Shown here in pieces: positions 26,463 to 39,600 of a stretch of DNA of 64,000 bases; position 1 is the first letter of the stretch; each line of letters opens with the position of its first letter. This stretch comes from Octopus vulgaris (taxonomy: Eukaryota). Under the pieces are notes generated by a model. The model had not been told where the DNA came from, did no database searches, and worked only from the letters and a program-made list of their open reading frames with translations. A program made the translations under genes and the position numbers. The DNA is taken from the NCBI GenBank assembly GCA_951406725.2, contig OX597815.1, positions 134,292,001 to 134,356,000 of the forward strand, in the 5' to 3' direction.

Positions 26463-29250
26463 AACCAAAAAGTGTATTATATATGTATTCACTAATCGAG
26501 TAAGTACACCAAACATGAGAAATATCGATGCTGTCATTTTCTTTTTTGTACCATTGTAAAATGTCAATCATTTTACAAACCTCACAACCTATGGACTTGT
26601 AACCATATACACATCATTAGTGATAAAGTTTGTACAATATTGCCCTTTTTGCTCCACAGATAATTGCCAACTATTCTAGTTATCTTGATCTGTGGATTAG
26701 TTTGATTTGAATGAATAAAGTGCATTATCTTAAAATACCAAATCTGAAATCAGATTGCATGTACTTCAGTATTACAATTGACATCTTGTGGTACTAAATG
26801 TGTTGAACTAACAGTAGACCACTAATATTATTTTGTCATACAAAATACCATGCTCAGCTAAAAATAATTTGTCTTGGTTTTATTGAAATGTATAAGTTTC
26901 TGTTAATCTCAGAATGTCTCAATGCCTGTCTTCAAATAAAAATATCTTTGTTTTTATATTGCAAAATTATAATTCATTTATTTTAAATATTTGAATTATA
27001 ATTTAAAAAGAAAAAGAAGATACATGTAAAGCTGAGATTTGTTAATGCATTTATTTACAAACATTTCATATTGTATTAAATAAGAATTCAAATCTTATAC
27101 ATTGATTTCTAAATCTTTTCATCATTTCACACATAAAAAATCTAGTTTCTATGAGAAAAAACATTGTTTAGTATGAAATAATCCACTTGTTTTATTGTAA
27201 ATAAATATTAAATAAAAAATCTTTTCACAAAAAACAGCAAGTCAAAACATTTATTTTTCATCTTTGTAAAAGTTTAAATGTGAAATTATTTTAAGAATAA
27301 AGAAAATATTCAACAGTGAGATATTGATATGATTCTCTAAATGACACATTCATGGTTAAAACTGTTGAAGGAAAGGTAATAATAGCTGACATTTATGTTG
27401 TTTACTATTCGTGTAGTTTCGTTAATCAGGAAAAAATCATGTGAAACTAACCACTAATAAAATTTGTGCACTTTACCATATTAAAGTCATTGTTAGATAT
27501 TTTAAATTGTTTTTACATAACTTAGTGGCAAACCTCAAAGACCATATTTTTTTAACACATCTGTAAATGTTTTAATATGGACTGAACTTTACATTTGTAA
27601 CGAAAAGCTCGTAATTCAATCTTAGTTCAAGCAATTGTAGTTGTACTACATTTGCATGACTCCTGTGGAAGAATTATAAAAAGAAAAAATATGAAGATAA
27701 TTTCTTAAACCAAATATATCCTTTATCATAAATTTCATATAAACCTGATCAAGTCTCACATTTTCTTGTCTAGTTTTAAAAACTATATGGTTCCCCATTC
27801 TACATCAAGTCTGACAATGACTACAATAAAGGTAGAAATTGCCATCATGCAATTCCTGATAATTTTCTCAGTAATATGAGTTTTAAACCTAAATTTCTAA
27901 ACAGCATGATTAAATGATATGTTGTATACCAAATGCATTCATCATTTGCTATAAGGCAACAACCAAAAAAGACAGTAATAGAAAATTGCCTGTTATGTTG
28001 CCAGATTGGTGTCCCAATAACTGTAGACATTCTATCATGTCAGCCTAAAAACATTCTACTCAATGAAATTCCTGAGTTGTTACTAAACAAACCAAACTTA
28101 ATTTCCACTGAAAACTGGAGTATATTTACAATGGACTGACACCAAGACATGAAATTATTACTAAGTTCTTTCTAAACATTACAAGTTTTCAACAATGGAA
28201 AGAAAAAAAAATCTATGAATTCTAGTTTTAAATGTAAATATTCTGTTCGTTTATTAATTTTTCTCAAAGCATATTGTTTACTCTAGGTGTGTTAATCTAA
28301 GAGCAGTAAAGATGAATTTTAATGGAATCCCTTCCTGAAAATTGAACTTCATAACGAAACAGAAATAATAACAATTTTTACCTGACTATAAATGGAAATA
28401 ATGGAGCAGTCTTTGCACACTGAGTATTTCTGACTGCTAGATCCTCTATTCCTGTGAAGAGAGCTATAGAATGAAATGTACACACAACTGGTCCTTTAAA
28501 TAGGATGGTAACTGAGGCTCAAATCCAGGAGAATGAGCTACAATTACTACAGATTCTGATTAAATGTAACAACCTGTTACAGTTTCATGATTTGTATATA
28601 ATAAACAGAACATACTGGTATAAAACTGGAAGAGAATATTCTCATTCATCTTGTTCTTTAATATTTGCATGTATAAATTAAGCCTAACATTGATTTCTAA
28701 CATAGGTGCAAGGCCACACATTTTGCTGACATATATGATCAATTAAACTGACTCCAGTACTTGACTGGTGCTTTATTGTATCAGCCTCCAAATGATGAAA
28801 GGCATGTTGACTTCAACAGGATTTGAATTCTGAACACAAAGGGCTGTAACTAAATACCAACAAGCATTTTGCTCAGTCTCTAATAAATCTGTGAGCAAAT
28901 CCACTGCTCTTATTAAGTATAATATTTGTTTTAAATTTTGACACAAGGCCAGTCATTTTGGGGGAGGGGTAAGTCAATTACATTGATCCCAGTGCTCAAT
29001 TGGTACTTTATTTTATCAACCCCGAAAGGATGAAAGGCAAAGTCGACCTTGGCGGAATTTGAACTCAGAATGATGAATGAAATGCTGCTAAGCATTTTGC
29101 CTGGTGTGCTAATGATTCTGCCAGCTCACTGCATTCTTCTTAAGCATAATATTAACAATTTAATGGTTCACAAATTATTTTGTAACAAAATAGTACTTAT
29201 AATGACAACAATAAAACAGAAGCAAAAATGTTAGATACAGTTATCTATTA

Positions 29251-29328
29251 TCATAGATTTAAGTTGTCAATGACTGCCAATGTGAGATCAGTTGTTGAAG
29301 AGTAGCCACCCATGTCAGGAGTTCGAAT
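29251..29328 (-). CDS. IDH3B: IDH3B exon 10 (terminal coding exon)
   Basis: gttgcag|[25 protein letters not shown] followed in frame by TAA TAG. Confidence 0.94.
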   Translation of the reverse strand: MRTPDMGGYSSTTDLTLAVIDNLNL

Positions 29329-30603
29329 CTGCAACAGAAAATATTGGACTAAGCAAGCATCCAAAAGAACAACAAAAAGTTCATATCATATCAGCAAAAA
29401 CTACTAACTTGACAAACATATTTTGGAAAGCACTGAAGCCTTTGCTGTGTACTTAGCCGAGTCACTTCTATAGAAATGACTCCAACAGCGAAATCTTCAA
29501 ATGTGCATTCTTACAGTCACAAGCAATGAGACTTTTTTTAATTCCATGTTACTGACAACAGCTGGACTGAAACATGATAAATGAGGTAATAGAGGGGACT
29601 ATGTGGTTCCTTGGCTTGCCAGAAAAGCAGCCATAACTCCCTCAAATAACATACTACAATTTTCAATAAAGAAGAATTCACTGGATAATGTATTCTGACA
29701 TACAAAAAGATGTCATTGTCTTGGCTAGAGTAACAATTGGCTGCTGGAGGTGTTTGTCTCCCCTTCGTAAATATATAAGGACACAAGAAAAAATGTGTCG
29801 AAGCCATCAGGAAGCGTCGATGCTTCCTAGGGCTAAACAGCAGTGGTGTAATCCCCTACTGTCACATTAAATTGACAGTATACAACCATTCCATAAATAT
29901 AAAATTCTTCAGAAACAAGCAACAGACACATACACCCATATAAAGCCAACTAAAGCCTAATACATATAAATTTACAATGCTAATTACATACACAACACTT
30001 GAATATTATTTATTTCTTCAATTATACCCAACCAGTGACCTAGATATTGTTGGTGAGAAAACTAACTTTATCATTAGGTTGTAGAAAATAACAAAGATAG
30101 AAATTCCAGTATTTGTAAGGTAAGTGGATAAATGAACGAATGACACAACATCACTCCTTTAGCACCTAAGCTCTACTTTCCCTTCCACAAAGAAGTTATA
30201 AAGAAACTGACCTTGCCCTCTTCAATGACTTTATAGAGAGCTTTTGATATCATATCAGCATGGTAATCCAGGTGTATATGCTGAAGCATCTTACAAGCAG
30301 CTCGTAAGATGGCAGTTGGGTTGGCTATATTCTTACCAAATGCCTCAGCATATGGATGGCGAGCACCCTAGCAAATAAAAAAAAAAGTATTAATATTTAC
30401 ATAGTTATGGTAAACATATATTAAACAATAGGCACAAGGTTTCAGGTTCAGTCCCATTGCATGGCACCTTCCCAGGCCAACCAAAGCCTTATGAGTGGGT
30501 TTAGGTAGGCTGATAGAATTTCGTCATATACACATACACACACACTTATATGCATATTTGTATATATGCATGTGAAAGTGTACGTTTGTGTCTCCTTGTA
30601 TTG

Positions 30604-30634
<31 letters not shown>

Positions 30635-33600
30635 AATTATTGTATAGTGCTCAGGTGCACCACAACTTGTCAGAAAGTGCGTATAAGGTGTATGCAGTAA
30701 TGTACAAATGTCTGGAAAGCGAACAATGTATGAGTCAGATACAAGCTTGTGTGTGTATGGAGGGGAGAAAATCAGATGTAGTGTTGGCGAATCTCAGAAA
30801 GCATGGAAGTTTTGAAGGATGCAGTGCTCCGACAACTAACAACTGATGCCGGCAGTTCCATGCTTCAGCAACTCTCAGCATTAAAAAATGTTTCCTAAAG
30901 TCATGGGAGCTGTGCTGTTTTCTGACTTTGTAAATATGTCCACGGGTGGAGTTCGAAAAGGTGCTCAGAGTTATTGTTTGTAAGATGGTTGATAATTTTA
31001 TGGGTGTCTGCCAAATCAGCTGCCAGACGTTGGAGTTTCGTAAATGAATATCATTCACTTCCAATCGTCCATGTAAAACGTGTCTGGCCATGGGGAAATA
31101 TCACCTTATTTAGAAACAGGTGAGGGTTGGTGACAGGGAGGGCATCCAGACATAGAAAATCTGGCTCAATAAATTCCATCCAGCCCACGCAAGCACAGAA
31201 ATGTGGATGATGGTGTGTGATCAGAATATTTACCTTGTTTTGTGTTAAAGTTTCTTTTTATGGTTGTATTTACACAACATTTAAATTGTATCCAGGCGCC
31301 ATGTTTTTTTTATAGTTAAATTCAAAATAAAAGTTATTGAATGGGAAGAGTGAAGGAAAATAAGACAATATGAGAGGACAATGAGATCTGATAAATGCAA
31401 TGGTTGACAAAGATGGCTGCAATATCAAAACTGCAGTTCCAATGTTGCAGGCAAACATTTTCCGTCATGAGGGAAATATTAACTTACTTGGAAGTAGGTG
31501 AAGGTTGGTAGCAGGAAAGGCATCTGGCCATAGAACATTTACTTTCATAAATTCTTTCCAACCCATGAAAGCATGGAAAAGTGGATGTTGAAACTGATGA
31601 TGAGGATTACTGATTGTACAGTTATTCTTGTTAATAAAGCTTGATAACTATCCCTGTTTGACAGCAAAATAGATCTCAAATTAAGTGGCCTTATAAATTA
31701 TTTAAGACTAATTAAATTAGAGTCAAACAAAGCTGATGAGATTGTGCACATGTTACATGTACAGCCTCCTTTACTTTGTAAAATATCTTCCAATGTGATT
31801 TTAGATATACAAAGAAAACTTTAAACTCTAACAGTAGTCCCATGATTTAACCCACATCTACTGTTCCAGTTGCGGTTGGTTATCATGTGTCAAGTATTCA
31901 GCTGGTTTCTTTAGAGTAAATAGTAGTTTCCTTTTTAGTTCTTTTACTTAACAGCAGATTCATTAAAAGAAGTGATTCTGTTAAAGTAAAAGATTCCTTC
32001 TTTTAAGTGTTGATGCTTCAGACACAGTAAAAATGTCTGTTGCTGAGATTTGTAATAGATTTCATGCTGCAACTGCTTTTTCATATACATGTCAGGAGGG
32101 CTTATTATGCCTTAATTTTTTTCTACTTTTTTGTTTTCACTAGGAGTGACACAAGATACTTGTAGTCCTCAAGAGTTGTGACTTAAATCTTCAATCTAAA
32201 AAGATTTGCAAATCAATTTATTGGATGTAAAACAAAAGAACATTAAACAACTTTGAGCTGTTTGCTGATAGAATTTATTACTAAGACTATATAAAGTGGC
32301 TGTTTTATTTTTCAGCTTCGTCGGTGTCCGATGATTAGGTATGAAAAGTTTATACATGAAGGGATTATAGAATTCGCATTAATATTTCTTTAAACCTTCA
32401 GTAAATATATTTGTCTCAAACTTACTGTATTTGATGGCATATAAGGATTTTTTTCAAAAAATGTTTCAAGAAGAAAAAAAAAAGATATTCCATGTCCTGT
32501 ATGCAAAGTTAGGGCTCCCATAAGCTTTAATGCACTAAAACGTTTTTCTTACCAAATATATACAGCTGAGATTGGGTGCATCTGATATGCTTGTGCATGT
32601 TTTATGCCATCAAATACAGTAATCATATAATACTTACTCCCCCTATCTCTTACACATGCTGTAAACCATATCCTTTTGTTATCCACCTTTTTATGAACTT
32701 AACCAAATACTTGTCATCTTCGTAACTAAGATCAAAGAAAGGCAGTTATAAGAAAGTAATATAAGTAATAAACACTTACTGGCTCAAAGACAGCAACTTC
32801 ATGGCTATAACTGCCACCAGGTACAACACCTGCACCTCCAATAAGACCAGCAGCTAAATTATCCACAATATTGCCATAGAGGTTGGGAAGTACCATAACA
32901 TCAAATTGATGAGGGTTAGACACCAGCTGTATATATAGGTAAAGACAATATATGAAAAGTATAAAACAAATGAAGTAAAAACTGATTAATTCTCTTTCAA
33001 ATGAAAGACAATGGTTGCTGCTTAACCTCAAATCATATTGTAATAAAAAAGAACCATGATTGAAGCTATTCCAGCTGTGAACTTTTTCAGGTACAGTACT
33101 GTATATAGGGTTGAATTAGCCACATTTTCTTCCTCTTTTAAGATGGTAGGGTGTGTTTAGAATGAGATTTAGCTGCTACTCCTAGAAAGTTGAGCAACCA
33201 TATAGAGGCTCTCTTATCTTGAGATGTTAAAACTATTAAACGATGTTAACAAAGAGAATGTATATACACACCATACAGGTGCACATATATAGCATTTATT
33301 TCTAAGGTATGAAAGTAACCAAGCATAAGTTATATAAGCAACGGGTTAAAAGTATCTTTCCACTTTTGAACACCTTGACTAAATTTAATTTAATCATAGC
33401 AATTAACATTTATTTCACTTTTGTATTTGGTTTCCAAGATTCTTGATGTGTACTCATGTGTTGAAGCATATTTTGTTCTATCAAATGTTATTATACTAAT
33501 AATTAACACACACACTGGTTCAATTTCACTTCTTTATTTCTTATTTATCATTGGGTTAACTATTTAACCCATTAACTTATTGATTGTTAAATTAATTGTT

Positions 33601-36600
33601 CGGTCAATCAATCAATCAGCTAAGTTTATCAAAGTCCTTTTGTTGCCATTCAGACCTCATCAATAACATGCCCTCAGACTTGGAGTGGAGAAAGCATGTC
33701 ATTGATGAGATTGCAAATGACAAAGAAAGGACTTTGACAAACCTAACTGATTGATTGATTGACCAAATGATTAATTAATTGGTTTCACAAGGTCAGCAAT
33801 TGCAGAGAAGGGAGTTAAGTTGATTACATCAACTCCAGTGCTTAACAGATTTTACCAACCCCGAAAGGATCAAAGGCACAATTAATTAATTGATTAGTTA
33901 ATTGGTTAAACAACTGACAAATAAAGGAATGAAACAGAATCAGTGCATATGTTTCGTGTTAGTATAATGCACTCTCTCCACCCCCATCCCCTCCAAGACA
34001 CAAAAAAATTAATATTTAAATTAAGTTAATGAAAAATTACCTGCATGCAACAGTTGTCAACAATCACTGTGTCTAATTCAATTCTGGGATACATTGCCGC
34101 TACCTCATGGCAACATTGCAGAAACAAACCATCACCAAGTTTCCTGAAAAATTCACAATTTATAGATGTATAGGTTTATTTTTAAGAAAAGAAACATTAA
34201 TTCAAATAAGTATTAAGACAACTCATCAAATTAGCTTCCACTTTTGTAAAATTAAGAATCTTCCTCTCTGATTATCAGCAGTTTTTGTAATCTCCCTACC
34301 ATTCATTGCTACACAGCCTCAAGGCTTCACCCAATACTTCCTCCCCTGATTTCCAGTCATTCTGGAATTCCATTCCTGTACATATTCCCTTTGCAAACAA
34401 TGTTCTAGAGGTACTCAAGCTGAACATCAACTGCAACAATCCCACCAGTTCAAGAATGCCTGCAAAAATTGGGAATGCTCTCTATCCATCTAAGAATGAC
34501 TGAAAAAGTCATGAGCACTATCTCACCACCTCCTCTCTTGACTAAATTACAAAATAAAAGAAATTTTAGAAATAAATTTGTTGGCTGCATTTGCTCCACC
34601 AATTTGGTCTATAATACTTTATCATTATCTGTAAGATAATGAGCAAGAGCGGAAGAAATATTTTTGACATTAGTTCTTCTGAAAAACAATTACTTTAAAA
34701 TCATCATCATCATCATCGTTTAACGTCCGTTTTCCACGCTAGCACGGGTTGATCAATAGATCAATAATCTAAGGTAAGAGAAATTAATTATTTCAACAGT
34801 AAATGAAAAACAATTCAAACAACATTTGTAACATCAATTTTACTATGTTGACATGCAATGCTTTATATATATATTTTTTTATTTTGGTAAAATCAAATAT
34901 TTATTTAATATATTGTTGCATCTATCTTCTGTTATTGCATACTGGCAAAAGATATAAGTATCTGAGAAAATATGCTTCTGAATAAAAATATCTTGTATTG
35001 TATAGTCCTTCAGTTGTGATATGAAATAAATAAATCAGTATACCTAATGTACTTGCTGGCATATATGATACAGTCATATTTTACAAATATATTTTGTGGA
35101 AAAAATAAATTCTGTAAGTTTCATCATACACTTATTGAATGATATTTTAAAGTATTTTTATAGGGGTCAAATGTATGACTCTGTGCATGTCACATTACTG
35201 TGACAGTATACTGGAATATGCCTCAAACACACCTCCCCCATCAACTCCCATTTAAGGAGTTGGTCTCAGGCACCAAACCACGCAGAGCTCCCAAATTCCG
35301 TTTCCAAGACCAGCTAGAGGCAACTCTACTCCACTGCTCCACTGACCTAAATACCTGGGAGACAATTGCCAAGGACTGCCCAAAGTGGCAGCATGTCATT
35401 GTTGAAAGAATGAACCTGATGGAAAATAACAAACAGACGTCAAGATGCAGAGATCAAACATTGAAGACACAAAGAATGATTTACACTTCCTTATACCCTG
35501 CCAACCTTATTTTGTGATAAATGCCCCCATCTCTTCTATACTGCTCTTGGCCTGAGCCTCAGGCACCAGCACCCACCAAGATGAAGAGGCTCTGTCACCC
35601 ACTATAGATTAACTGCTTGGACACAAGTTAATGCTGCTGCCAACTGGAATAAAGTATGAAACCATAAATTACGGGAGTACTGTATTATTAATTGATGTCT
35701 GTTTTCCATGCTGGCATGGGCTGGGTGGTTTGACAGGAGCTGCCTGGGCTTTATGTCTGTTTTCACATGGTTTCTACAGCTGGGGTGCCCTTCCTAATAC
35801 CAACCTTTTTACAGAATGTACTGGATGCTTTTACACAGCACTGGCATGGGTGCTTTTTATGAGGTACCGGCACCCACAAGTCTGCAAGATTAGGATCCCT
35901 CAGCTGAAGAGGGATTCAGAGAAGACGCCTGTATACAGGGGCAACCATGATTTTAATTAGTTTAATGTGTCTTTAATTACTCAACCACCACATCATTTCT
36001 CTACTAAAATAAATAATATAAGGATTTTGATTAAATTTTCAATCTTGGACAAGATGCCCTGTGTTGTATTTATTCGTTCAGATTCTGATTCTGAAATCTT
36101 GTCCAGTAATCAAAAAAACAATCTATTCTTTCCAATACAAACAACATAATGCAACTTGACCTCATACTTCTCTTTTACATCTGCTTTTTCTATCATAATT
36201 TTCTTGTCACCAATCTCTTACTTGTTTTTAAAGTCCTGAAGCAAGAGATTTTTTTTTATTCCAACAGTCTTCAGAAAAGCACAGTTGTAATGTCAATGGA
36301 GAATCTAACCCTGTTTCACTCAGGCAGTGACAAACACAAACTAGGACACTAAATTACAATATTTTTAGCTTGCTTTATCCACCTATCCATCCATTTTTTC
36401 CACTCACTATTCACAGGAGGGATTTTGGAGTGGAATCCTCAGGTACCTCTTCCTATCAGAAGCAACCATCATTACCCTTTCTGGCTGGATTTCTAAGTGC
36501 AACCAACTGAGACTATAGATATTATCCAAGCATCTCATTCTTGAACTATCCTTAGGTCTCTTGCTGGTTGGCTTGGCTTGTGGAATCATCTTGCAATTCT

Positions 36601-39600
36601 TTCCTGCAACATTCTAATTACACATTGCAAGTCCAATACAAATAGCTTGGTGCCTGGTATGAATAAGACCAACAAAACTGCAATATGAAGCAGGGTTTGA
36701 AAGAATAACCATACTACATCATGCATTGCATGTGTTGATAAGGGATGTCTTTGTTTCTTAGGTAGAGGGGTCTGTTCAAAAAATATATTGCAGACTCTGC
36801 CCAATGCTGGTACAACCAGCAATAAACCTGCAACTTGTTCTGGGAGGTGTGGGGTTGGAGCACAAAGGATGTGTGTCCCAGGATCTTGAAGTGCATCAAG
36901 GAAGGAACACTCACTAGCTTGCTTTAGATTAACTTTTATTAACTGGTTACCAATTAAAAATATATCAGTGGTAATTGTCACAAATAGAAACAAATTGTTA
37001 TATCATCTGATTTTATGCTTGCAAATGGCTTGAGTAACATCAACTTACATGATATTTGCTTTATGGACAGCAGTGACCTTCTTCCTGTTATGCCGAATAG
37101 CATAATCAAATGCAAATTTAGCAATCCTCCGTGAATTATCACGAGTCATAATCTTCAAGCTCTCTACAACACCATGGGTACTCTACACATGAAAAAAAAA
37201 ACGAGAGAATATTAAATGCAAACTCAAATTGCAGAAAACTTGATCTGAGGTCATATCCTTAAAAGATCTGTTATTGTTAAATAAGGCAATTTATTTTACT
37301 ACTAATCTCACTCTTAGAGATGGATAAGTTGTTTAATGTTTACATCTTTTTTCCTTTTTATTTTAATCAAGAGGGAAAATAATGCTCCTGAGCCTTTGCA
37401 AACCCTTTCTGACTGATGGGAAGGAAGGAAGAAGGTATCCTGGCATGACTTTGTTGCAACAGAGTGAATGCTACTAAGGGCACTCAAAGGCCATGTGGGG
37501 GATGTTAAACTGGGTGACAGGTTAAGTCCACCATCTAAACAGGTGCTGGTAGGATTTGAACTCAGAATGCAAAGAACTGGAACAAATATGGCAAAATAAT
37601 TGGTCGAACATTCTTAGAGTTCTGTCAATCCACTGCCCTAAAGTTGTACTTTTATTGACCCCAAAAGGATGATAGGCAATCTTGACCTTGGTAGGAGTTG
37701 AGCTCAGGAAGCAGACAGTCTGAACAAATACAGCAAAACATTCTATCTGACACTCTAACAACTCTGTCACTTCACCAACTAAACTACGTTTCAATTTGTT
37801 TAATTTCAGATCATCATCCGAAGTTTATATATATATAAACAATAAATTAAATACAGCGATTCAATTGACAATCTGATAGTATATTATGTTATAAATAAAT
37901 TATGAATATAAAATAATATAAGCTAACAAAGAAAATCATTAAAAAAACAAAAATGGCCAACAATTTGTTTCAACTTATTTACATTATTTGATTTATAAAC
38001 AATACATATCCACTTATATAAGTCTCTTCAGAGCTTTGGTTTATAGACAGACGAAATTCCGTGTCAAAGGACAGCTGGACTGTAAAAAAATGAATTAAAA
38101 TGCCTATGTATTATGAGCATGAGCGTTAACTTTTCAACTATATATATATATATAGTTGAAAAGTTATATATATACAGGGTGCAATGGGTAAATTGTTACC
38201 ATTATATATATTTTTAGTTTTGTGCATTCACATTGTTTGTTTTTGATTTTGTTGACTACACAGTATAGTAGGGTCAGTTGGGCACTATCTGTGAGAAAAG
38301 CAGCACTATGATGCAATTCACTCAGCCAGAAATTTGGAAACGACATGCTGTACTGCTTGGCATTCACACTGGAAGCTCCAATACAAACATGTACTGAGAG
38401 TGATAGAAATCCAATCAACATCATGGTGTTTTGAGTGATTACTAGTGATGGTGATATTATGCCTCCATTTGTCTTCTCACACGGCCTCAGTCTCAACACA
38501 GAGGTCAACATCAAGTGCCTGGAGGAGGTAATGCTGCCCTATTCCACACAAGAAAGAGAACTCAGTCATGGCTGTCAGACAATATCTGCAACCACACCAC
38601 CCCTAACATCTGCCCACCTAACTCCCCATGATTATTGTGTGGGGCACAGTTGAGCAAGAGACCAACAAAACTCCTTATAACACCAAAGATGAACTGAAGG
38701 CAAGGATTATGGCAGCATTCACCAACTTAAACAAGGGAACCATCCAGAAGAGTTGCAGAAATTCTGAAGTCGTCTGGAGGCTGTGATTGAAACCTATGGC
38801 GATTTTATTGAATAAATTTACTCTTTAGTATTTCAAGATATTTTTATGTAATTTTGGTAAATATATCTGTTAAAATGAGGTGTCAGTGTTATTTTCATTT
38901 TTGCGTAATTTAGACAATATTCTATTCATCACACACACACACATATATATATATATATAGATACAGTACAAGAATGGATTTAAAATAGATTTTCTTTCTA
39001 AACTAAGGTAACATTCTTATCAAGCAGGTCACTATTTCTAGTGTTGGATTCCATCAAAAGCCTAAAATATATTTCTATCATAGGCATACACACTGGGGAA
39101 GGGTATAGTTGATTCTACTTGGAAGGATAAAATGTCAAGACCAACAAGATATGAGCTCTGAACGTTAATGATTTCTTTAGTTGATTACAGTCACTCCAGG
39201 ATTTGACTGATAAAAGGTAAAGTTGAGCTTAGTAGCATTTGAGGTCAGAAGGTAAGAAGCAGAACAAATACTGCAAGGATAGTTTTCCTACATTCTAATG
39301 ATTCTGTCAATCCACTGCCCAGAACAAATTCTAACATAAGGGCATGGCTACAAATCTGGAAGGAAGGAACAGGTGCAAGGATCGTTGCATGGTTAATAAC
39401 TTAATTTCCCAATCATTTGCTTTCAAGTTCAGTTCCACTATTTTGTAACCTGGGACAATTGTCTTCTGGTACAGCCTGGGCTGATCAAAGCCTTGTGAGT
39501 GAATTTGGTTCATGAAAACTTAAAGAGGCTATTTGTGTATAAGCAATGTAATGTATGTTTCTGTCTCCTTGTCTTGACATAATATGACATAGTTGTAAAT

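Noticed and set aside
29430-29888. Telomerase RNA, RNase P/MRP, H/ACA snoRNA, IRE or SECIS identity for the structured intron
   Set aside because: No CUAACCC template on either strand, no P4 consensus pair, no correctly placed terminal ACA, CAGUGA is not in a 5-bp IRE stem, and there is no AUGA/GA quartet context.
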